Made by a program: the position numbers and the translations under genes. Below, piece after piece: positions 1 to 7,063 of a DNA stretch of 34,704 nt. Origin of the DNA: a virus. Its lineage: Duplodnaviria > Caudoviricetes. Numbering within the stretch: the first letter of the stretch is position 1; every line of letters starts with the position of its first letter. The stretch is taken from positions 1 to 34,704 of the IMG/VR virus record IMGVR_UViG_3300037048_000284. The stretch is one strand, 5' to 3'. The notes beneath the pieces were generated by a model that was not told the origin of the DNA, did not search any database, and saw nothing but the letters and a program-made list of their open reading frames with translations.

Positions 1-498
1 TTAGGACTTGACATATTTTCGTACATTGGTCTGGAGTTCGTTGATCAGTTTGTTTTTTAACTCAAACAGATTTCTCTGAATTTCAGATACGTTATCGTGG
101 TCGTGAACTAAAGCCTGTGCCCCGGCAGTAGCTGGGATGTTTGGGTTAAATGATGAAACAACAACATTATAATATTGAACCAAACTCATTAGATAGGCTT
201 CAAGTATTGCAACAAAGCTTGGAAAATAAAGCAAAGCTAGTCCCATGGCCCGATTACCAGCTTGCGAATGAGTACATGCTAGCAATTGGTCGAGAGTTTT
301 GCAGGCCCCTACATCATTATAAAATAACAGTGAATCCTGAATGTGATTCATCATTTCTTCATACTTTTGTCTTAGGAGAATATTCCTTTGACGTTTTCGT
401 TCAAGGTGAGCGATCAAAAACGCCGTTGTTTGAGAAATTATCGCGCCTGTTATTGCTGATGAGGCTGATATTATTGCAATATTTATTTCCGTGCTCAT
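1..498 (-). CDS. Hypothetical protein with N-terminal hydrophobic anchor (AT-rich moron)
   Basis: 165-aa ORF with N-terminal IAIISASSAITGAIISQTTAFLIA followed by a basic helix. Markedly AT-rich and antisense to the phage genes. Confidence 0.8.
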   Translation of the reverse strand: MSTEINIAIISASSAITGAIISQTTAFLIAHLERKRQRNILLRQKYEEMMNHIQDSLLFYNDVGACKTLDQLLACTHSQAGNRAMGLALLYFPSFVAILEAYLMSLVQYYNVVVSSFNPNIPATAGAQALVHDHDNVSEIQRNLFELKNKLINELQTNVRKYVKS

Positions 499-574
499 GT
501 ATCGTTACCACCAAACAATATTTAAATCCTAGCTGTTATAACCCACCCTCTCACTCATCCACCAAGGAGGCGGC

Positions 575-784
575 ATGAGCTTTAAAGACCTTCTCCGTAA
601 ATGCCTCGGATTCTTTGTTCATTCAAACTTCACTGACCGTGTTCGAGAACAAGAACGCGATCGCTGTATACGAAAAATAATCGAAATGGAACCGGAAACG
701 TTCATAACAACAGGACCTTTGCCATCGGGAAAACAAACCACCATGTGGCGGGTGTATGCGCTCAAGAAGGCATTGGAATCATGA
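575..784 (+). CDS. Small hypothetical early protein
   Basis: AAGGAGG SD before the ATG; ATGA overlap with the next ORF. Confidence 0.65.
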   Translation: MSFKDLLRKCLGFFVHSNFTDRVREQERDRCIRKIIEMEPETFITTGPLPSGKQTTMWRVYALKKALES

Positions 785-981
785 TTCCTCAAAGACAAAA
801 GAAATATTCCTCCGTCGATCGCAATACCTTGTCTGAAATCGAGCTGGCCATGCTCGCCAGGCTGGAACTGCGAAATTCCGTCCTGGTAGGGCGTGGCGTT
901 GACTACCCAACCCGCAAGGCATTGTTGCGGGATTATGCCATCGAGCACCATCAATCGGTGGTGATGGAGTTGGTTCAATGA
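781..981 (+). CDS. Small hypothetical early protein
   Basis: ATG at 781 overlaps the upstream stop (ATGA); 66 aa, MIPQRQKK... Confidence 0.6.
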   Translation: MIPQRQKKYSSVDRNTLSEIELAMLARLELRNSVLVGRGVDYPTRKALLRDYAIEHHQSVVMELVQ

Positions 982-1130
982 AAACCCTGGCCTTTATGCT
1001 GTTGCTCTCCCTGCTGATCGGTGCCTGCGTGGCCTTCTGTTATCGCAGGGAAATCGAGGATTTCCAAGCGTATACCAAGGAGAACCTGCAGCCGAAAATC
1101 AGGGGCAACGGTCAAGCTGTAGAGCAATGA
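978..1130 (+). CDS. 50-aa single-pass membrane/secreted peptide (absent from ORF track)
   Basis: Translated by hand: MKTLAFMLLLSLLIGACVAFCYRREIEDFQAYTKENLQPKIRGNGQAVEQ. ATGA-coupled to the previous gene, with GGAG upstream. Confidence 0.6.
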   Translation: MKTLAFMLLLSLLIGACVAFCYRREIEDFQAYTKENLQPKIRGNGQAVEQ

Positions 1131-1135
1131 AAATA

Positions 1136-1197
1136 CCCCGCCCCCGGACGCAAGTCGGGGAAGGTAGGTGGCACTGCTGATCCTAACGGGGGCGGGG
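1136..1197 (+). promoter_or_regulatory. Candidate structured RNA leader element
   Basis: Perfect 11-bp inverted repeat CCCCGCCCCCG (1136-1146) / CGGGGGCGGGG (1187-1197) enclosing a GAC-GCAA-GTC tetraloop hairpin and a TAGG...CCTA stem. Confidence 0.4.
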
Positions 1198-1263
1198 GTT
1201 GTAGGCAAGAAAAATGGTAGGTGGGCATCGTATCATGCCGTTTTTTCAGTAAGGGAGGAAGTA

Positions 1264-1767
1264 GTGATACCACGCGAAACAAAACCGCCTCGTGACTATG
1301 AAGTTTTCGACCTGGTCCTCAACCGCGGCGATGCCGTCGAGCTCGCCCGCCTGCTCTCCGTCTCTCCCCAATTGATACGCGCCTGGTGCCGCCCGCCGGA
1401 GACCGACGACGAATTCAAGCAAACCGGCAAGTTCAACCCGCTCTCGCGCCTGCGCACCTTGATCGCCATGGTCAAGGAGGACGATGGCGGGCCCGACCGT
1501 GCCTTCCCAATCGGCCAATATGTCGCCGGGCTACTTGGCGGGGTGTTCGTGCCCACCCGGAAGCCGCAAGGCACCGTCAATGGCGACGCCATGCAGAACG
1601 TTGCCGGCATCCTCAAGGAGACCGGGGAAGTGGTGGAATTGTTCGGGAAGGCTTGGTTCTCGGAGTCCCCGCGCAAGATAACGGCCAAGGAGGCGGCGGA
1701 GCTCAATCAAGAGATAGATGAGGCAATTGCCGCCCTGATCACCCTGCAGCGATTCGTATCGAGGTAA
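1264..1767 (+). CDS. Phage regulatory CII-family protein (186/P2-type, HTH)
   Basis: HTH-like AVELARLLSVSPQLIRAWC, a G..NPL.R motif, and C-terminal helices with KETGE and ITAKEAAEL..EIDEAI. GTG start after AGGGAGG. Confidence 0.7.
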   Translation: MIPRETKPPRDYEVFDLVLNRGDAVELARLLSVSPQLIRAWCRPPETDDEFKQTGKFNPLSRLRTLIAMVKEDDGGPDRAFPIGQYVAGLLGGVFVPTRKPQGTVNGDAMQNVAGILKETGEVVELFGKAWFSESPRKITAKEAAELNQEIDEAIAALITLQRFVSR

Positions 1768-1771
1768 GGCC

Positions 1772-1972
1772 ATGCCACTCCGCGAGGTCACATTGGATGA
1801 GATCATCGCAGCCGGGTTGCGACGCCAGGCAAGGGAGCTGATCCTCGCGGCAGAGGCGCTGGAAGCCAAAGCGGGAACCAACCGCCAGCCGAGCAAGCAC
1901 CCTGATGTTCTGCACGAGGAGTTCAGACGGATGGCCGGCAGGGGCAATCATAAGAGGAGGCAGGAAGGATGA
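1772..1972 (+). CDS. Hypothetical protein
   Basis: GAGGT SD, 66 aa, coupled to the next ORF. Confidence 0.6.
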   Translation: MPLREVTLDEIIAAGLRRQARELILAAEALEAKAGTNRQPSKHPDVLHEEFRRMAGRGNHKRRQEG

Positions 1973-2169
1973 AGATCAAGACAAGGGTATGGATAAAGAA
2001 AGCGGCAATGGGTTGCTGTTCTCTCGTTCTTCCTGTCATGGCCATGGCCGCCAACATGGCGGTGTGCATCATCGTTTTCCTGCTCGTCTTGGCTGATATT
2101 GCCTGCGGCCCTGCTCCCCATCAGCAAGACCTGATCTGCTCCACCGACACAATCGAGGCGAGCAGATGA
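1969..2169 (+). CDS. Small hypothetical membrane protein
   Basis: ATGA overlap, GGAGG upstream, long hydrophobic stretch. Confidence 0.55.
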   Translation: MKIKTRVWIKKAAMGCCSLVLPVMAMAANMAVCIIVFLLVLADIACGPAPHQQDLICSTDTIEASR

Positions 2170-2389
2170 TGATTCCTCGATACCTTCTATCTCCACCGGC
2201 TCGCAGCGCGTCAAACCCCGCTGCGCCTCGAGCCTTATGCTCTCACCACTTGGCACTCCAATCCTCCACTCAATCCCCATCCCTCCATCCTGTGCCCGTT
2301 GCCACCGTAAGCGGGGCGGCGCAGTGTCTCACAGTGGCAGGTGATGATCTTCATCTCGATGGGGATCATCACCTGCCCACCCCCTCGAG

Positions 2390-2440
2390 CGGGTCCTTTC
2401 CAGCCATCCCCCACCCCTACCGGGTCGAACGAGCTCGTGG
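2390..2440 (+). other. Putative lambda-like cos site (cosQ plus cosN)
   Basis: CGGGTCCTTTCC (2390-2401) matches the lambda cosQ context as I recall it. It is followed at near-lambda spacing by TACC-GGGTCGAACGAG-CTCG (lambda: TACG-GGGCGGCGAC-CTCG) with partial dyad symmetry, then an AT-rich stretch with an IHF-like TATCAAttttTTT at 2516-2528. Confidence 0.7.
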
Positions 2441-2589
2441 AGTGGACGGATGTGAAACTTTTGTTTGGATGGCAACTTGGCAATACCTGTCAATTCCCTC
2501 TAATTCTCAAGGTGTTATCAATTTTTTTGATCAATCCTCAGACGATCGGAACAACCGGTTCCGACCTGTGGTCAAGGAGAGAAAAACCT

Positions 2590-2949
2590 ATGCGCATCGT
2601 CAAAAAACCGACAAGGGTCCTGCCCAAACTGGGCGAACATGGAACCAACACCACGCACCCGATCCTGATTATTTCCTGTGACGACGGTTGCGATTACACC
2701 CTGGCGCAACTCGCCAAGAAGATCGGAATGAACACCCAAAAGCTCGTCTATCAACTTCGGGCACTGGGATGGAAACACCCCCAGGTCCTGGATGCAAAAT
2801 TCGGCAAACTTCCGCCCCCGCCACAGAATCGCGGCAACGATCAGTGGAAAAAATTGTCCGATCACTCGCGTCACCATCGGCTGGCCAAGATCGTCCGGGC
2901 GGGGAACCTGGAGCGACGGGGCGCGAAACCACAACGGGAGGATGTATGA
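2590..2949 (+). CDS. Putative HTH DNA-binding protein
   Basis: AAGGAGA SD; HTH-like YTLAQLAKKIGMNTQKLVYQLRALGW. Confidence 0.7.
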   Translation: MRIVKKPTRVLPKLGEHGTNTTHPILIISCDDGCDYTLAQLAKKIGMNTQKLVYQLRALGWKHPQVLDAKFGKLPPPPQNRGNDQWKKLSDHSRHHRLAKIVRAGNLERRGAKPQREDV

Positions 2950-3329
2950 ACAGCGGCGAAACACGTGACTTTGCAGAGCTCGTCACCGATCTGCGCGGCG
3001 GTAACACGCATCATGAACTGAGCGTGGCCCTGCGGGAGGCGACGGAGGCAGCCAGGCGGACCGGCAAGACGGCATCGGTGCAACTGACGATCAAGATCAA
3101 ACCCCAAGGCGAACGACAGGTGGAGATCGTCGACGCAATAAAGCGGGTTATTCCCGAGCCATCGCGAATGCCGACGATCATGTTCATCGACCAAGACAAT
3201 CGATTGACCCGCTATGACGCTCGGCAGATGCGGCTCGACGAGGTGAAGATCGTTGAAAAAAAGACTGATGGGCCGATGGTGGTGGTGAACAAGGAAACCG
3301 GAGAACTGAAGGAGGTACCCATACAATGA
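2946..3329 (+). CDS. YfdP-like conserved prophage protein (usual partner of DUF2303)
   Basis: Pattern F...L.DLRGG...ELS..L......TGK...V.L.IKIKP...T.MF.D....L.R.D.RQ; directly precedes the DUF2303 gene; ATGA coupling. Confidence 0.75.
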   Translation: MNSGETRDFAELVTDLRGGNTHHELSVALREATEAARRTGKTASVQLTIKIKPQGERQVEIVDAIKRVIPEPSRMPTIMFIDQDNRLTRYDARQMRLDEVKIVEKKTDGPMVVVNKETGELKEVPIQ

Positions 3330-4183
3330 GCAAATATGACGATGTCAGCGGGGTGATCGACTCCGGCGTGGCGGTGGAGGAACTGATCCGAACCGGGGCG
3401 GCCCTGGGCGAAGCCAAGGTGGTGCGCGCGGCGGGCATGCCGACCAAGCAGTTCTTGATTGTCCCCCAGGGGTACGAGGCCATGGAACTGGAAGTCGAGG
3501 AACTCGAATCGGCGCCATACCGGAAGACCGGTGTGCTGTTGGTGGCGACCGTCGACAGCTTCCTCGCCTATATCGAGCGGGGAGTGGTGGAAGGCACGAC
3601 GGTGGCCTTCGCCAAGCAAGACGAGGGCAGCTTCAAGGTGGTGTTTAACTACGATCAAGCCAATATCGGCAGCCCGGGTTGGGGCGATCACGGCGTGAAG
3701 GTGGAGCTGCGGGCCTCCACCGCCTGGGAGAGGTGGAAAGCCGCGAACGGCAGACAGATGGACCAACTGGCCTTTGCCGATTTCGTCGAGGCCAACCTGC
3801 GCGACATCTGCGAGCCGGATGCCGCCACCATCATCGAGATGACCAAGCAGCTCAAGGTGCACCGCAAGGCCGAGTTCGTCAGCATCATCGACCCCAAGAC
3901 CGGCTTCTCCAACCTCAGCTTCAACGAGCAGGTGAGCGGTGAAACGCTCAAGGGCAATATCGATTTCTGCGGCAGGTTCGTGCTCGGCCTGGCGCCGTTC
4001 CGCGGCTCCGCCAAGTACCGGGTCGAGGCCTCGCTGCGCTTCAACATTACCGAGCAGAACAAGCTGCGGGTTTACTACTCGCTGATCAACGCCGACCTGG
4101 TCGAGGAAGACGCCTTCAACGTCGAGCGCGGCAAGATCCTCGAGCGCATGACTGCCCTCGGCATTCCGGTGTTCGACATCTAA
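3326..4183 (+). CDS. DUF2303 / YfdQ family protein
   Basis: Motifs DSFLAY, VFNY, PGWGDH, S.AW.RW, MDQ..FADFVE.N..DI and F.LGLAPF.G...Y.VEA.LR. Confidence 0.9.
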   Translation: MSKYDDVSGVIDSGVAVEELIRTGAALGEAKVVRAAGMPTKQFLIVPQGYEAMELEVEELESAPYRKTGVLLVATVDSFLAYIERGVVEGTTVAFAKQDEGSFKVVFNYDQANIGSPGWGDHGVKVELRASTAWERWKAANGRQMDQLAFADFVEANLRDICEPDAATIIEMTKQLKVHRKAEFVSIIDPKTGFSNLSFNEQVSGETLKGNIDFCGRFVLGLAPFRGSAKYRVEASLRFNITEQNKLRVYYSLINADLVEEDAFNVERGKILERMTALGIPVFDI

Positions 4184-4201
4184 ACCAGCGGGGCGGATGA
4201 G

Positions 4202-4384
4202 ATGAAGAGAGACGAATCGACATCGGCGAAGAGGCCGCTCTGCGCTTGCTGCGGGGCCATCCTCATGCCCGACTGGATCATCGACGACATCATCTGCCCC
4301 GACTGCAAAGACCGTTTGATGAAAAACGACAAGCTCGCTTGGACCACGATCACCCGGGCGGAGTCCCGTTGCCATGAACACTGA
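4202..4384 (+). CDS. Small zinc-ribbon protein
   Basis: CACC...CPDC cysteine pairs in 60 aa; overlaps the replication gene start. Confidence 0.6.
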   Translation: MKRDESTSAKRPLCACCGAILMPDWIIDDIICPDCKDRLMKNDKLAWTTITRAESRCHEH

Positions 4385-5405
4385 TATTCGCGTCGCCGTT
4401 TCGTTTCTCGGGCACAGGAAACGAAAGAAGCTGCAGCGCAAGCTCGGCCCGGCCGCCGTCCTGTGCCTTATCGATCTGTGGATCGTCGCCGCCATGAACA
4501 AGCCGGACGGAATCCTCGCCGGCATGGATGCCGAGGATATCGCCCTCGACTCCGGGTGGGAGGGGGATCCCCGGGAGTTTGTCGAGGCCTTGATTGAAAT
4601 CGGCTTCCTCGATCTCGTCGACGGCTGCTACCTGCTCCACGACTGGCAAGAGCATAACAGCTACGCCGCCAAGGCCGATGCGCGGCGAGTGGCTTCGCGC
4701 AATGCCGCCGACATCAGATGGAACAACAAGCGCGGCATGCGTGAGGAAAACGGCATTGCCCTGGAGCGGCAAGAGCAATGCGGAAAAGAGACGGCACCGG
4801 AAAAAAACGAGCGGCAGCAATACCATGATGATGCACCGGCAATGCCCATTGATGCCGAGGGCAATGCCCATGCATGCGAAGGGCAATGCGCTTTGCACAC
4901 AACCGCATTGCCCAACTGCGCCGAGGGCAATGCCCCAGTTCCAGTTCCAGTTCCAGTACCAGTACCGTTAAAAATACACTCCGATATTGTTTGTACATTG
5001 TGCGAAAACAACCCACCGCCTCCCGCGCCTGACGGCGCGCAACGCACAAAAAAGACCGCTACGAACTTTTGCACCGAACAATTCGAAATCTTCTGGACAG
5101 TCTTCGGCGACAAGCGCGGGCGAGAACCGGCCTGGAACGTTTGGCGCAAAATCAAGGGCCTCGACCGCAAGCTGGCCGGGGCGATCATTGCCGGGGCCAA
5201 GCGCTACGCCGAACAGCGCCCAGCCATCCTGGCCCGCAATGGCACGCCGAAGATGGCGCAGGGATGGCTGAATGACCGAAGGTGGGAAGACGAGGGTCAG
5301 GCCGCGCCGCTGCTGTTGGAAGCGCTGCCTCCCGAGGTTGAGAAAGCTTTCGAGAGACTGAATGGAGGAAACGATGGATCCCTACCAACTGCTGTCAACG
5401 GATGA
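4374..5405 (+). CDS. Phage replication initiator (O-like)
   Basis: N-terminal wHTH-like region (L..LW...A....DG...FVEAL...GFLD...LHDW.EHN), PVPVPVPVP linker, and C-terminal FE.FW...AW..W...PKMAQGWLNDRRWED domain. Contains internal iterons. Confidence 0.85.
   Translation: MNTDIRVAVSFLGHRKRKKLQRKLGPAAVLCLIDLWIVAAMNKPDGILAGMDAEDIALDSGWEGDPREFVEALIEIGFLDLVDGCYLLHDWQEHNSYAAKADARRVASRNAADIRWNNKRGMREENGIALERQEQCGKETAPEKNERQQYHDDAPAMPIDAEGNAHACEGQCALHTTALPNCAEGNAPVPVPVPVPVPLKIHSDIVCTLCENNPPPPAPDGAQRTKKTATNFCTEQFEIFWTVFGDKRGREPAWNVWRKIKGLDRKLAGAIIAGAKRYAEQRPAILARNGTPKMAQGWLNDRRWEDEGQAAPLLLEALPPEVEKAFERLNGGNDGSLPTAVNG
4752..4935. repeat. Iteron array / putative replication origin
   Basis: Near-palindromic GGCA(A/T)TGCCC-like units at 4752, 4774, 4816, 4838, 4860, 4882, 4904 and 4926 (22-bp period, one 42-bp gap), followed by (CCAGTW)5 and an AT-rich tract. 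Confidence 0.8.
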
Positions 5406-5694
5406 GATGACCATCCTCAAGACCTACTACACCCGCGAGAGCGACAAGGGTTGGACGCCGGAGAAGAAAAAGGTGGTGGCCAAGCTGCTCGGCAAACTTC
5501 GCTCCAACGGTGTCTCCATCGTCGGGCTCTATCCCTCCGGCTCGCTGCGCTTTGCGGTGAAGCAGAAGAGCGTCCTGGAGCAGATCATGGACTTGTCGGA
5601 AGAGGAGTTCACCGCCTACCAGCGCGGGCTGTTGCGCGTGGTCGGCGGCCGGCTTTGCCGGGTGGAGCAGCACGGGGAGTTGGCGCGGGGATGA
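5374..5694 (+). CDS. Hypothetical protein downstream of the initiator
   Basis: GGAGGA SD, 106 aa, overlaps the 3' end of the initiator gene. Confidence 0.7.
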   Translation: MDPYQLLSTDEMTILKTYYTRESDKGWTPEKKKVVAKLLGKLRSNGVSIVGLYPSGSLRFAVKQKSVLEQIMDLSEEEFTAYQRGLLRVVGGRLCRVEQHGELARG

Positions 5695-5744
5695 GAAGTA
5701 ATCGACGCTTTGGACCGGAAAATATGACTCAGGAGAGCAAACCC

Positions 5745-6224
5745 ATGAAATCCAGCTATTCCCAAGGAACCCCGAATCGTCTTGCGGTCTGCGGCAGTCG
5801 CACACTCGATGACGAGCGGGTGAAAATCATCCTCCTCGAGGAGATCGAGGACAAGGGCATTACCGAGATCGTCACTCACGGCGAACCCGAAGGGGTGTGC
5901 GAGGTGGCCAGGCGCCTCTGCCGCGAACGCGCCATTCCCTTGAAACTGCATTTCCTCAACTTCCGCTATCTGCGCGGGGCGTTCGAGAAACGCAGTCGCG
6001 CGGTGTTCGACGATTGCGATCGCGCCATCTTCGTCCACGACGGGGAGAGCAAGGGCACCGCCAATGAACTGAAATTGGCCAAAAAGATGGGTTTGCCCTT
6101 CGTCCTCCACGAGCTCAAGCCGAGCGCCTTCCATGCCAGCGTCGGCTTCGACGTCCAGGTCGATTGGGTCGACGCCGTCGAGCAGAACCTTTGCATGCCC
6201 GATCCCGGTTCGGAGCAAGGATAA
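5745..6224 (+). CDS. SLOG-superfamily protein (YspA/DUF2493-like)
   Basis: Motifs RLAVCGSR, EIVTHG...GV...A, R.....D....V.DGESKGT.....A.K.G.P. AGGAGA SD; an alternative coupled start exists at 5691. Confidence 0.8.
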   Translation: MKSSYSQGTPNRLAVCGSRTLDDERVKIILLEEIEDKGITEIVTHGEPEGVCEVARRLCRERAIPLKLHFLNFRYLRGAFEKRSRAVFDDCDRAIFVHDGESKGTANELKLAKKMGLPFVLHELKPSAFHASVGFDVQVDWVDAVEQNLCMPDPGSEQG

Positions 6225-6229
6225 CCTTC

Positions 6230-7063
6230 ATGACCCTGGAAACGCTACAGAGCATCCTGCAGTTCGCCAACCGCGAAGACAAGGCCGAACTGACCGTGGC
6301 CAACAGCGCCAAAGTCAGGGCCATGCAAACCTACACCGCCACTCCCAACAAAAAATCGCAAGAAGCCTATGATGTCGCCTCCCGCTTCTACGAGGAGACC
6401 CTGGCGAGGCTCGGTCGAAAATATCTGCAAAAGAACGAGGACAACGAAGAGGGCAGGGATCCAGGCGACGGACGGGCCAAGGAGTGGCGGGAGTTTCGCG
6501 AAACCGCGGTCAAGGCCGAGGTGTTGTCGCAGCTGGTTGCCATGGGCTACGAGATCACCGGACGCACCTTCTATCGCCACTGCAAGCAGGGCAAGTGCCG
6601 ACCGAACGAGGAGCGCCTCTTCTCCCGGCGCCTGGTCAAGCAATACGTCGAAACCGAGGGCATCACCCGAAGGGGTGTGGTGGTGGCTGACGACAACGGC
6701 CCGGATGTCGCGCTCTCCATCGAGAAGCAACGCCTGGAAAACGAAAAACTGCGGATCAGCAACGACACCAACGCCATCAAACTCCAGCGCTTTCGCGGTC
6801 AGCTCATCGACCGTGAGGCCCTCTATCTCGAGCTGGCCGCCCGGGCGGTAACGCTCGACAACGGTTTTCGCCAGAAAATCGAGATGACCTCTCCGGAACT
6901 GATCGCCCTGGTCAAGGGCGAGCCCGCCCGCCAGGTGGAGTTCGTCGAGACCATTTTTCAGGCCTGGGATGAACTGCTCAACTCCTTTGCCACCTCCGAC
7001 GAGTTCGAAGTGCTCTTCGAGGAGGAGCAAACTTCCATCGAGGAGCCGGAGACCGAAGAATGA
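6230..7063 (+). CDS. terS: Terminase small subunit (Nu1-like, N-terminally extended)
   Basis: wHTH-like segment (ITGRTFYRHCKQGK), coiled coil (EKQRLENEKLRI) and RGQLIDRE motif; ATGA-coupled to terL. Confidence 0.75.
   Translation: MTLETLQSILQFANREDKAELTVANSAKVRAMQTYTATPNKKSQEAYDVASRFYEETLARLGRKYLQKNEDNEEGRDPGDGRAKEWREFRETAVKAEVLSQLVAMGYEITGRTFYRHCKQGKCRPNEERLFSRRLVKQYVETEGITRRGVVVADDNGPDVALSIEKQRLENEKLRISNDTNAIKLQRFRGQLIDREALYLELAARAVTLDNGFRQKIEMTSPELIALVKGEPARQVEFVETIFQAWDELLNSFATSDEFEVLFEEEQTSIEEPETEE

Noticed and set aside
150-578. 142-aa plus-strand ORF
   Set aside because: Overlaps the more protein-like minus-strand gene at 1-498 and has no recognisable features.
2166-2681. 171-aa ORF coupled to the upstream stop, and the 2341 extension of the HTH gene
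   Set aside because: Pro/Ser/His-rich with no motif, runs across the putative cos site, and overlaps the SD-supported gene at 2590. Translation cannot be fully excluded.
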